This document shows positions 11,536 through 24,401 of a DNA stretch of 64,000 nt, one piece after another (the stretch's first letter is position 1; each line of letters starts with the position of its first letter). This stretch comes from Octopus sinensis (lineage: Eukaryota), in NCBI RefSeq assembly GCF_006345805.1, contig NC_042998.1:1364001-1428000 (forward strand), written 5' to 3'. The translations under genes and the position numbers were made by a program. The notes beneath the pieces were generated by a model that saw only the letters and a list, made by a program, of their open reading frames with translations, had not been told where the DNA came from and made no database searches.

Positions 11536-12762
11536 AGGAGATAAATAAAAATATATGCATACATACAAACATATATGTACGTACCTACATCTACATGTAT
11601 ATATACATGCATATATAAATAATTATACGGAAGTACAGGACATCACAATAAGACGTAGAAACAGAAAAAGCCAAAAAACAAAAAACAAGAAAACGGAAAA
11701 CGAAAACCAAATACAGGACAGGTTACACAAGGACAAAACCCCCGTCATCAGCTGTCGCTAGAGGAGTCAGGCATGTTTCGAAGGCATAACAGAACACTAA
11801 TCCAATAGGCCTTCCTGCGAGAGAATTAAAATAAAATTTCAGGCAGCGGGGCACAATGAGTACGAACACTAACAAGACGTAACAATAAGACTGCAAAATT
11901 AAAATACATGTACAAAACAAACAAAGAGGACGAACGAAAAAGCCTTTTTCTGGCATAGACAAACAATAAAACTGCAAAAATAAAAATACATGTACAAAAA
12001 GTACAATTAGTTACAAACGAGAAAATAACAAGAATACTATACAGGAATTAACCACACAGGGGGACGAACGAAGAAGCCTTTTTGCTGGCAAGGACGAAAG
12101 TGTAGTAGCAGCGCGTGAGGCAGTCTTTTCAATAGTGGTAACCACGTGTAAAGGAATTTGTTTTATAGGCAAGGAAGAGGGAAGGAGGAGGGGGACACGC
12201 GGCGAAGAGAGAGGAGGAGGGGGAGGGAGAAAGATTGAAGAGGTTAAAGCAAAGGGAGAGAGTACCGCATCTTCATATAATAATATAATATAAAAAAAGG
12301 GGACCAAGAAGTGGATCGAAACGACGAATCGGAACGAACCTGATGCGGGGCGCTGTCAGACAATAAGGAGATAATAAAAATATATGCATACATACAAACA
12401 TATATGTACGTACCTACATCTACATGTATATATACATGCATATATAAATAATTATACGGAAGTACAGGACATCACAATAAGACGTAGAAAAGAAAAAGCC
12501 AAAAACCAAAAAACAAGAAAACGAAAACGAAAACCAAATACAGGACAGGTTACACAAGGACAAAACCCCCGTCATCAGCTGTCGCTAGAGGAGTCAGGCA
12601 TGTTTCGAAGGCATAACAGAACACTAATCCAATAGCCTTCCTGCGAGAGAATTAAAATAAAATTTCAAGCAGCGGGACAATGAGTACGAACACTAACAAG
12701 ACGTAACAATAAGACTGCAAAATTAAAATACATGTACAAAAACAACACAAAGAGGACGAACG

Positions 12763-12765
<3 letters not shown>
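11536..12765. repeat. 1.5 copies of an 830-bp unit bounded by (TA)n on both sides
   Basis: 11536-11939 realigns at 12366-12765 (offset 830) with only small indels; TA tracts immediately left and right. Confidence 0.9.
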
Positions 12766-12799
<34 letters not shown>

Positions 12800-12801
12800 T
12801 A

Positions 12802-12854
<53 letters not shown>

Positions 12855-12909
12855 CGACAGAAACAGTATTAATACGCAATATATAGATTATCAATATTGT
12901 CAGTAATGA

Positions 12910-13339
12910 AAGCGGCGAGCTGGCAGAGACGTTAGCACGGCGGGCGAAATGCGTAGCCGTATTTCGTCTGTCGTTACGTTGTGAGTTCAAATTCCGCCGA
13001 GGTCGACTTTGCGTTTCATCCTTTCGGGGGTCGATAAATTAAGTACCAGTTACGCACTGGGGTCGATGTAATCGACTTAATCCGTTTGTCTGTCCTTGTT
13101 TGTCCCCTCTATGTTTAGCCCCTTGTGGGCAATAAGGAAATAAGAAACGTTAGCACGCCGGGCGAAATGCTTAGCGGTATTTCGTCTGCGTTACGTTGTG
13201 AGTTCAAATTCCGCTGAGGTCGACTTTGTCTTTCATCCTTTCGGGGGTCGATAAATTAAGTACCAGTTGCGTACTGGGTCGATCTAATCGACTAGCCCCA
13301 TCCCCAAAAATTTCGGGCCTTGTGCCAAGAGTAGAAAAG
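12910..13339 (+). mobile_element. Dimeric SINE family B with a single 17-bp TSD
   Basis: gcggcgagctggcag head, gagttcaaattcc B-box in both monomers, different tails; TSD AATATTGTCAGTAATGA at 12893-12909 and 13340-13356. Confidence 0.85.
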
Positions 13340-13466
13340 AATATTGTCAGTAATGATATATACATTTTATATAGATATATACGACGTGTTTCCGTTCCAC
13401 CAAATTTCACGCACAAGATGTGGGTCGGTCCGGACCTTCAGTAGAAGACACTTCTCCAAGATGCCG

Positions 13467-13503
<37 letters not shown>

Positions 13504-13808
13504 ATATGTATATGTAAATATATGTAAGTAATAATTTTATAACCGAGTATACGCCATGTGGTGTGCCTTTAAAACCCCTTCCCAGTGTTCGGTGACCTGA
13601 TGTCAACAGCAGCAGGGATTTAAATGTCACTGGCTTCACTTCAGGAATTCTTTCTTGTCCGTAGAATATGAAAGAAAGAAAATGGTATTCACGAAACTCT
13701 TTATTATTCACTGCGATCATTCCAACCCATCCTGCATCGGTGCCTCGCAGAGGAAACGCAGTAATAACAGTTTGACGCATCGTAGGCACATGTGTGCGTG
13801 TGTGTGTG

Positions 13809-13860
<52 letters not shown>

Positions 13861-14254
13861 TGTGTGTGTGTAATATATGTATGTATGTGTGATTCTTTTT
13901 GGAAACGTTCTAACTTGAAGTAAATAAAGCTAATACGTTAAAAACAATGAATTTCACTAAGTTTTCATTTATAACGGCAATTGCTCATTTGGATTGTCTA
14001 TGATACACAGTTATATATTAGGTTATATATTAGCTGCAGTTATGTACAGGTTGACGGAAGAAAAGCAGGACAAAAACGATGCATGTAAATGGGTTAGCTG
14101 GAGGTAAATCTAGATGAAAAAGCAGGATGAATTTATGAGAACGTACCTGGGACAATAATAAGTTTATCTGATAAAACATGTAGGAAATCAACTTGGGGCG
14201 ATTTTTGAGGAAAAGCAACAACCTAGGGAACTAGGTAACTAATTTTATTATTTC

Positions 14255-14527
14255 AAGCTAGCCGGCTTTTTCTGCGTAAACTGCACGTGCATTTTACTCG
14301 CGTACGCGTACTATCGATCGCGACAGCTGAAGTACTTGCGCGTACAAATGCACGTTCCCACGGCTTTATCGATCGCATTCTCACCTTGAATCGATTTTTG
14401 TAATTTTTTCAAGACTTATACAAGCCCTGATACCGTCGATATCTACATATCAAATTTGAGCGCAATCGGATGGAGGATGCCCGAGATCCTAGAAGACACA
14501 CAAACACAGAATGGATTTTATATAATA

Positions 14528-14530
<3 letters not shown>
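14255..14530 (+). mobile_element. Possible non-autonomous Helitron-like (Lep1/DINE-1 style) element
   Basis: Starts gctagccgg; ends caaatttgagcgcaatcgg..acacacaaacac..ttttatataatagtat, resembling the 3' end layout of such elements; family not confirmed. Confidence 0.4.
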
Positions 14531-14566
<36 letters not shown>

Positions 14567-14599
14567 CATCATGCATACATACATACATACATACATACA

Positions 14600-14630
<31 letters not shown>

Positions 14631-14675
14631 GTATATATATATATACATACATACATACATACATACATACATACA

Positions 14676-14707
<32 letters not shown>

Positions 14708-14751
14708 CATATGTATATATATATATATATATATATACATACATACATACA

Positions 14752-14782
<31 letters not shown>

Positions 14783-14795
14783 GTATATATATATT
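14529..14795. repeat. Compound (TA)n/(TACA)n microsatellite
   Basis: Direct reading. Confidence 0.95.
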
Positions 14796-15244
14796 TCTTA
14801 ACCATTCTGTTGGCCATCGTATCTCGACCAACATGTGTCCCCGCTACCGAAACGGTAATTATTTCTACGCCAGCTATGTTGTTGTTTTTGTCTCATTTGG
14901 TCTAAAGTCGTATGACAACCACCGTTATATATATTTTGGTTATTCATTACTGTTTTCAATTTCGTTTTCGTCTCTTGTATTTACATCCGTCTTGTGCGTT
15001 CACATTCCTGTCTTCTACCAAGAAATCTAATGCTTACAGCTTAGTTTTTTTTTTTTTCTTGGGGCTGGCCGAGTTGGAGCAAATATCAGAATTGAACAGC
15101 CGAAATTTGCTATGATGATTCGGTGTCTGACTGAAGATTGAAGGCTTCGAATGATTTGTCTGTGTTCCGTGTTCGCCCCTTCCTGTATTTCACGTTCATT
15201 ATATATAAAAACATTTATTCTTATATTTATATAATATATATATA

Positions 15245-15275
<31 letters not shown>

Positions 15276-15339
15276 GTATATATAATATATAGATATATAT
15301 ATAATATACAACATACATACATACATACATACATATTAG

Positions 15340-15381
<42 letters not shown>

Positions 15382-15617
15382 CATGCACACACATTTAAAA
15401 CTTGCGTATGTTTGTGTGTGAGTGCGTTTGTGTCTGCGTGTGCATACGTCTTCATCCAAGCCCAAAGATTATTAGATGGACATAAAGAGAATAGATACAG
15501 ATATAGATGTTTGGGCGAAATCTGTTTGTGTGCAACATAATAAAGATACGGAAAGCGGAGAGCGGACAGTTACGAAAGAAAGCTGATGGAAGAGAAAAAT
15601 AGAATCTTATAAAGAAA

Positions 15618-15649
<32 letters not shown>

Positions 15650-15793
15650 GGGGAGAGAGAGAGAGAGAGAGAAAGAGAGAAACAGTGAAAGAATGTTTGA
15701 ACGAAATGATAAATGAATAAAGAAGGAATGAACAACTAAAAGAAAGACGGAAAGAATGATAGGAAATCTGAAAACGATGTAATAATAATAATG

Positions 15794-15827
<34 letters not shown>

Positions 15828-15908
15828 TATATGCATATATATGTGTTTGTGTGTGTGTGTGTGTGTGTGCATATATATATATACATGCATGTATATATGT
15901 ATACATAT

Positions 15909-15960
<52 letters not shown>

Positions 15961-16030
15961 ATATGTATATACATATATAATTATGTTATATATATATATT
16001 ATATATGTATATACATATATATGTATATAC

Positions 16031-16083
<53 letters not shown>

Positions 16084-17061
16084 ATATATATAATACATAA
16101 TATATATTTGCATATGAGTATGTATACATGTATGATTGAACGTATGTACAAATGAATGAGGGTGTATATGTGCGTTTGTGTCTATATCACGTGGGTGGCT
16201 GGAGTAGTGAGATGGGTGGAAGTAAAATGCCTGGGAAGGTGAATATGAAAATGTTTTCAGCGTAGTTGCTTTTTCTCTCTATTGAATTGCGTAAATGACG
16301 TTTTGGCTAATGGTAGGAAACCGACTGAGATAGAACAATGTGTGGAACGTCGGTAGGAAGGGGGTTAAACTACTTCTGCAATGCAGCAAGTTATAACAAC
16401 ATCATCTGCCAACAGAGATGTTAACAACGCCAAAATTGTGGTGTCGGGGTTGGTGCTGGTGTCGGTGTTGATGATGGTGATGGTTGTCCAGTTGAATGAA
16501 ATTATATCTTGGCCGGACGATGCGTACACACTGTTAAAAACAAAAGAAGAAATTACAAAATATTGGTTAAAAAAAATAATATGGGCGTTTCTAATGTGAT
16601 ATGTAAAAGAGAAAAAACTATAGCGATGCTGTTTATGATGATGATGGTTTTTACGAGTATCTGGGAGAGTTTACATGACAAGCGGAGATTTGTAGCCGGT
16701 GCGTATGTATATGTGTGTATACAAGAGTGTGTGAGTGTCTGTATAATAAATGTGTATATATATATATATATTAGTAGGATGAACTTTATATGTATATATA
16801 AATATATATGTATGTGTGCATGTGTGTATGTGTGTATATGTGTGTGTGTGTTTGTGCGTGTGAGCTTGTGCATTATTCTACGTGCGTAGATCTGTATTTG
16901 TGTCTATGTGTGTAATACACATGCACACACATATACCTCAGCTCACGAAAGATAGGTACGCTTCTCTGTATTCACACACACACACACAAATACACACACA
17001 GACACACACACACAGACATTATATATATACATACATACATATATATATATACATATATACA

Positions 17062-17146
<85 letters not shown>

Positions 17147-19112
17147 CTGTAAATATATATATATATACCTACACATACATACACATATATATCATATATA
17201 TATATATATATACTCCATTGAGTCTGGGAGATACAGCAACCGATCACTCTACTGAAATAGATTGGCCTGAAATTGTAAAAGGCGAGGCTGAAGGTAGCGT
17301 TTACAGTTCAAGAATAAAACTTTTCATTACATCTAAATTTACTCGCAGTAAAAATACACTCAGTAGATAAATGACTAAGACAATATTTATTGAAACATGA
17401 ATATTAACTTTATTGTTTCTCTTAGACAAATATCATGATTTTGTAAAACTTTTTATATCATTTCTGTAAGAGGTTGCCGACGCTTTACCTCGTCTCATAA
17501 AACTGGGAAAACCTTTACGTTGTAAGATGCTATTTCTGTATCTCACGTAACAGAGTCCACTGTTAATGTAATGGACAGCATTGCCACGAAAACGAAACCA
17601 TAAACATTATCTTACTGCAAAAAGGAAATCATCTTCAAGCGAAGTTAAAACCTGATTTTAGTAGTTTTATGGCCACAGAGAATGTTTTGCTGTCGATAAA
17701 CGATCTCTGAATTTTCAAATGATAGCATTTTTTGAAAGGAATACTGAAAACTAAATATTATCAACAGCATCATCTCGTCAAACACCGAAACGGAGGTTTT
17801 CTTTAGGCGCTGTAAATGGATACAATGAAGGGTGGTTATTGAGGTAATGGAGGTCTTTGATTTGCAAGGACATTGCTTCAAACACATCATTTAATTACTT
17901 CAAGAGACGAACTTGGGGGAAACAAGTTTAAATTCGGGGTTTGATATTGGAATAAATAATTGCTGCCTTGCACGGGAAGATTTTGATGTTCAAGGAACAT
18001 CTGATTCTTCTACCATCGTCCGTCCAGCTCTTCAAACTGAACATATTAGTGAACTTCGACGCTTTCTGCTACACGTATTGATGCGAAATTTGATAGCATA
18101 TTTAACAAATCGTTAAAACGTCGAATATTCCCTAACTCAAGATCACAAGGGACCAATGTATAGAATCATTAATATCTTTATAATAATTTGATTATAGAGA
18201 TATTAATGATTCTATAGTAGGACTGAAAGGGAGCGAAAGGGACTGCATTTACATTATGACAATGTTCAATCAATTAGTGTCATCCTTGAACTTTTATCTA
18301 AACAAAAGCTACTTACTTTTCAAGCAATCATTTAACGACTTCCTTCAATATTAACATTGTTCTGTATTCCAATCTCTGTTAACTGTAACACTAGATTTGA
18401 AAATACCGAATTTTTCGAATTTGTAAGCAGACGACAAAAAAGATTTCTTACAAAAAATGTTGGACGCAATGGAGAGAAATAGAAAACCAATCTGTTTTGT
18501 TTAATTCAAACAAAGAAGACACAAAAATATTGCATGAAAAAGTGTCCTTCTTGCTTTATTCTTTTATTCTTTTATTCTTTTACATGTTTCACCCCCAACG
18601 CCGTGGCTGTGTTGGGGCATAATTCTTTAAGGATGACATCAAGAAAGCGTGATATTTAAACTTTTGCCTATCGTTCAAAACTGGAAAGAACAGAATATTT
18701 GCAATATATTTACCAGAAGTGATCGATTAGTTTGAAATTCCCGTCATTGATATTTTGACGAACTGCCAAATCGGAATTTGCAGCAGAGGTATGACATAAT
18801 TTCAACAAACCAATTCTTTCGGACTTCTGAATTTATAATTCACGATAACACTGCAAACCTTTGGTTATGCCATTCTCTCAGTTAGGCAAATACTCCTACA
18901 CATGCAATAACGATGATGATGATGATGATAACATATTTTTGGAAAAAGATAATGACGCATCAATTCATTGTTCTAACACAATTACAACTTAACTACCCTC
19001 ACAAAATAAGAAGAACAAAAAGAACGGCCGCATATTTGCAGGATTATAACATAACCGGATGATAAGCAATGGCTGCTTCTCTTTGCTTATTTTATGCTGT
19101 TTTACTCAGGAA

Positions 19113-19310
19113 TTTATTCTTTTACTTGTTTCAGTCGTTTGTCTGTGGCCATTCTAGAGCACCGCAAATAGACCCCAGGACTTATTTTTTAAGCTTGTTA
19201 CTTATTCTATCTGTCTCTTTGCCGAACCGCTACGCTACGGGAACGTAAACACACCAACACTGGTTGTCAAGTGGTGATTGGAAGACAGACACAAAGACAC
19301 ACACATGGAT
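19113..19310 (-). mobile_element. SINE family A 3' half
   Basis: cttttacttgtttcagtc..gcacc..gccgaaccgct..aacacaccaacactggttgtcaag. Confidence 0.75.
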
Positions 19311-19351
19311 ATATACATGTATATATATATATATATATAAATATATGTGTG

Positions 19352-19465
19352 TTGAAGAGCGTAGGCTCGAAACGTAAAAGACTTTCCCACCTTCCCGAGT
19401 GTTAAACTAATACATTTGTTTGTTATTTATACACCTGTCTTAGTCTTTCGTTTTCTGTAAATTTC

Positions 19466-19470
<5 letters not shown>
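19352..19470 (+). mobile_element. Penelope-like terminal fragment with degenerate minimal hammerhead
   Basis: TTGAAGA-G-CGTAGGCT-C-GAAA-CG-TA-AAAGAC; homologous to 28676-28800 (-); both end aatttcaacta directly at (TA)n. Confidence 0.55.
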
Positions 19471-19516
<46 letters not shown>

Positions 19517-19517
19517 A

Positions 19518-19560
<43 letters not shown>

Positions 19561-19596
19561 TTATGTATGTATGCATATATATATATATATATATAT

Positions 19597-19757
19597 AGGC
19601 GCAGGACTGGCTGTGTGGTACGTAGCTTGTTTACCAACCACATGGTTCCGGGTTCAGTCCCCCTGCATGGCACCTTGGCAAGTGTCTTCTACTATAGCCT
19701 CGGCCGACCAAAGCCTTGTGAGTGGATTTGGTAGACGGAAACTGAAAGAAGTCTGTC

Positions 19758-19850
<93 letters not shown>

Positions 19851-20090
19851 ATAATATATATATATATTTATATGCGTGTGTGTGTTTGTGTGTCTGTGTT
19901 TGTCCCCCTAGCATTGCTTGACAACCGATGCTGGTGTGTTTATGTCCCCGTTTCTTAGCGGTCGGCAAAAGAGACCGAAATAAATACTAGGCTTACAAAA
20001 GAATAAGTCCCGGGGTCGAGTTGCTCGATTAAAGGCGGTGCTCCAGCATGGCCGCAGTCAAATGACTGAAACAAGTAAAAGAGTAAAGAG
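19597..20090 (+). mobile_element. Full-length SINE family A
   Basis: aggcgcaggactggctgtgtgg head, ggttcagtccc B-box, CORE-like body, (TA)n insert, tail ggcggtgctccagcatggccgcagtcaaatgactgaaacaagtaaaagagtaaag. Confidence 0.9.
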
Positions 20091-20311
20091 TATATAGGTT
20101 ATGAAAGGTAATGGTGTCAAGAAGACCCAAAGGTGTCAGGTAATGCTGAGTAAGTGCTATGGACAGACTATAGTTAAGCTCCAGGTTCGGTGATTATGTG
20201 AATGAGAAGTCCAACGTAGGTCATACATCAGCATGCGTATATAGAAAAAATTAAGAGAATGAAATAAAAATCCAAGGCTGTGAAAGATTTCAGAACATTT
20301 ATAAAGAGAAG

Positions 20312-20359
20312 GTCTTACAGCTGTTTCCGGGATATTTTATATATCCCTTCATCGGAGAC
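20312..20359 (-). ncRNA. Type I hammerhead-like motif (Penelope-type, variant core)
   Basis: GTCT-CCGATGA-A-GGGATAT(ataaa)ATATCCC-G-GAAA-C(AGCT)G-TA-AGAC: stems I and II pair, stem III palindromic; U4->C and extra bases at stem II base. Confidence 0.55.
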
Positions 20360-20615
20360 GGTGTGAGAAAATGGTTAAACAATAGTTATTCTAGAGATGA
20401 TAGGAAATAGAGAGTGAAGAGAAGGAATGAAAACAGACGTGAGATACGCAGGGATATTGTATCTGCAGTTCCATTATTTAGGCAGAATGGTATACATATA
20501 AGAATCCTGTACCTTGTATGTAAGTTCCAATAGTATTTGAAATTGGTCCATTCTAAGCATAGAGTTTGGAGACAGTGTTATTGAATTGACATTTAAGTCA
20601 AAGTCTTCAAAAGAC

Positions 20616-20705
<90 letters not shown>

Positions 20706-20721
20706 CATATATATATATATG

Positions 20722-23335
20722 ATTATTGATTGATTCTAGTTTCAGCTCACGAGCTGTGGCCATGCTGGGGCACCGCCATTTGGTGTTGCCACATGTTTTT
20801 ACTTCACGATGGCTTTTTAGCAACTGCCATTTGGTGCATGAGAGAGTTCGATGCAGCTGCCCTCATCTGCACCTCCTGCCGTGAAGTTGGTTCATCTGGG
20901 ACACCTGACAAGAAGAGATCCAGTTTCATTTTAAAGACATCTGCATCCACCCCATGCAGGTCTCTTAGGTTCTTCGGGAGGATATTGAAGAGCTGTGGGC
21001 CTCGGAAGCCCAGGCTATCACAGTATCTTGTCCTACATCTTGATGGCAAATTTGGAGTCCTAGGCACCACGCAGTGGCGCCCAGTTCTGGCATTTGTGTA
21101 ACTCTCGATGCCAAAGTTTGGGACAAGTCCCTCCAGGATCTTCCAGATGTATATTATGGCATATCTTTCCCGCCTACGCTCCAGGGAATATAATTTTAAT
21201 CTCTTGAGTCTTTCCCAGTAGCTTACATTCTGCATAGAGGCTATCTTCTTCGTGTAGCTTCGTTGGATCGCCTCAAGTTCTGTGATCAACTTGACACTGG
21301 ATGGTGACCATAGCTGAGAGCAATAGTCAAAGTGGCTTAGGACAAGTGTCCTCCAGAGGACCATCATGGTTTCTTGTTCTCTTGTTCTAAAGGTTCTGAG
21401 AATCCATCCGGCCTGTCGTCTACATTTCATTGCCAATTTAGCAACATGTACACGAAAGGTTGTGTCATCACTCATGTAAATACCCAGGTCACGCACTGAT
21501 TGTGCCTCTGGGATTGCAATTCCTCCGGATCCAGTGTATTCATTGGGTATTGCATTTAGTTTTGCATGCTGATAGCATAAAGCTTGAAACTTTTCAGCAT
21601 TGAACTGCATGCTATTCTTTTCAGCCCACTTGTATATTTTGTCCAGCTCACATTGCAGGCGTTTAGTGTCCTCAAGGTTCTGTATTGCCTGTGAAACTTT
21701 TGTATCATCTGCATAACTTGTGATCGTGGCTCTCTGCGTGGCTGAGGGCATGTCTGAGAGGGCCATTATGAACAGTAGTGGTCCCAAAACAGTGCCCTGC
21801 GGAACACCGCTCACTATTTACGTGTTAATGGAAGTGGCCCCATTGGCTACTACCACCTGACTTCTATCTTTCAGAAAGTCATGAAGCCATTCTCCCAGTT
21901 TTCCAACTATGCTAAGATCACGCAGTTTGTGACATATCATTCCATGATCGACTTTATCAAAGGCCTTTGCAAAGTCGAGATATATCACTTCCACATTTGA
22001 GTGGTTGAGCAGTCGTTTCAGCAACCAGTCATAGTGTTGTAGGAGCTGAGTTAAGCAGCTTCTTCCTGGTCGGAAACCATGTTGGGTGTCAGGCAGCAAG
22101 TCATTTTCTTCAAGGAAGGTGATCAGTTTCCTTCTGACTATTCGTTCCATGACCTTGCTAATGTGTGAGGTCAGAGAGATAGGTCTGTAGTTCTTGGCCT
22201 CCGCTCTGCTACCTCCTTTATGAATAGGGCATATTCTACCTTCCTTCAGTTTTCTTGGAAGTTTGCCAGCTGCAAGGAAGCTTGAAAGAGGAACTGCAGT
22301 GGTCTTCTAGGACTCTCTTACATACTTTTAGGAGGATTGCCGGGAATCCATCGGGGCCAGTAGCTGAGTCTGTTTTCATTTCATCTATAGCCTTTATTAC
22401 ATCGTCTTCCTTTATATCGATGTAATCTATCGTCGCCGCCTCTGATTTTATATCTGCAGTGGTAAAGAAGTCAGTTGGATTGGTGATTTGGAGATGCCCA
22501 AGGGGTGGAGTGAAAACACTCTTGAATTGCTCATTCAGTATTTCACTTACCCTCATTGGTTTTCCTGTGAGTGTGCCATCCTTTTCAAGGAGTGGCCCTA
22601 TCCTACAGTGCACCGTAGCTGTTTCTTTGGCATACCTGTAGAAAGCCTCTGGGTTAGATTTTATGTTGTCTATAGCCCAGGCTTCTTTGTCTGCTCTTTC
22701 CTTTTCATGGGAGAGTTGCAGACATTTTTCATTTCCAACAGTTTTATTTTCAGGCGGGACTTTTCACTGCTTTCAATTTGTTTGTTTAGGCGATTTGAAA
22801 TTTTTGTACGCCGCCTCATTAAAATTTTCCTCTCTCTGGGGATTTTGTTCTTGTGTACAGTGGCCTTTCTCTCTGGGACACATTTGTAGCATATGGCTTG
22901 CATTACAGACATGAATTGTTGAAGTTTCACGTCGATGTCTGGCGAGGAGAGACATTCAGGCCAGTTTTGTTTGAGGATCTCTTTCTCAATTTGTTTCCAG
23001 TTTGCCTTATCGAAGTTCAAGCTGGAAAGATTCTGAGGGTTTCTTGTAGGCTGCATGTCCATGCTTTCCTTTGGCCCGTACATGGTCAGCTCTACCATGT
23101 TATGATCCGAGAGTAGTGTCGGTGTCACTTTCACATTATGGATGAGATCCATATTATTTGTGAAGCAGAGATCCAGTGTGTTACCTGCCCTGGTTGGTTG
23201 GAGTATTACTTGCTCCATGTACAGGGTGTTGATGAGGTTCAGGAGGGACCTCGCCTGTCCTCGTTCACATCTTGTCATTCCTGGGAGAGAAAGGCCCTCG
23301 GGCCATCTGACATTCGGTAGATTTTGACATTGGGT
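20722..23335 (-). mobile_element. 5'-truncated CR1-group LINE (end of APE domain plus RT), frameshifted
   Basis: QPTRAGNTLDLCFTNN; RPGRSCLTQLL; YLDFAKAFDKVDHG; SGVPQGTVLGPLLF; YADDTK; LYSLERRRERY; ~80-nt 3' UTR; (TA)n on both flanks. Confidence 0.92.
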
Positions 23336-23356
23336 AGATTATATATATATATATAG

Positions 23357-23388
<32 letters not shown>

Positions 23389-23421
23389 TATACATATACA
23401 TACATACATACATACATACAT

Positions 23422-23453
<32 letters not shown>

Positions 23454-23478
23454 TATATATTATATATAATAGATATAT

Positions 23479-23522
<44 letters not shown>

Positions 23523-23530
<8 letters not shown>

Positions 23531-23888
23531 AGTGAATTGAAGAAATGGAGTTGACCGAAGATTGAACAGAAATCGTTTTATTGCATTCTACACACGTGTT
23601 TCGAAAGGCACAATTACCAAATTCCGATTGAATAATGAGACCATATTGTGTCTTCTCTTCAGAAGAAATAGGAAATCCGTTGGAAAAAACAAAAACTAAC
23701 AGAGGCGGAGCAAAACAATCGAACGAGGCTCCAACGGATTTCCTATTCTTCCTGAAGAGAAAGACACATATGGTCTCATTATTCAATCGGAATTTGGTAA
23801 ATTGTGCCTTTCGAAACACGTGTAGAATGCAATAAACGATTTCTGTTCAATCTTCGTCAACTCCATTTCTTCAATTCACTAATAATAT
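23523..23888. mobile_element. Foldback/MITE-like long inverted repeat (~160-bp arms, ~45-bp spacer)
   Basis: 23523-23684 is the reverse complement of 23730-23888 apart from a few single-base indels. Confidence 0.85.
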
Positions 23889-24288
23889 TAAAATTCAATT
23901 ATCCGCACCAACGCACGGTTGCAACACCATATGGTTGTACCTCCAACCGTGCTGTCTTCTGCTGTGATTTTTGCTGCCAGGGTATCGGTTAAACTTTTGA
24001 TTAATCTGCAACAAGATTATTCATCTTTCTATTTCACAAAATATATATATATATGTATATATACATATATATATATATAACCATATAACCATATTTTATC
24101 TCAGTAGATGACCACAGCATCTTGTTTTGGCTACACGCGGGTGGGAAGGGGCTGTTGACACAATCGTTTCATTCACAAATTGAATTCGGTGATACCAGTT
24201 GCGGATTCTAGCTCGCTCTGATACTGAGTGGAGTTGGTGCCTTCTGGTATCTCAAAATTCAATATATAATCATTTATGATTATAGTAT

Positions 24289-24401
24289 TCTACGCTGAAG
24301 AGAAAAGAAGTTTCGGTAAGATAGAATTATTTATATTTAATATTTAATATTTAGTTCTTATGCTTTCCTTAAAACTTGATTTCGAAACGTACGTCCGTGG
24401 A
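24289..24401 (+). ncRNA. Type I hammerhead ribozyme, copy 1
   Basis: Stem I TCTACG/CGTGGA; CTGAAGA (24295-24301); stem II GAAA/TTTC + AG/GA + AAGTTT/AAACTT; GAAA; stem III palindrome ACGTACGT; GUC at 24393-24395. Confidence 0.8.

Noticed and set aside
11745-11815. Intact hammerhead in the 830-bp unit
   Set aside because: CTGATGA and CGAAAC are present on the minus strand, but stems I and III and the UH site cannot be formed.
11536-12765. LTR retrotransposon or TRIM
   Set aside because: No TG..CA termini, PBS, PPT or TSD found; better described as 1.5 tandem units.
13367-13789. 140-aa minus-strand ORF
   Set aside because: It runs through a (TG)n tract and SINE debris; no recognisable domain or splice support.
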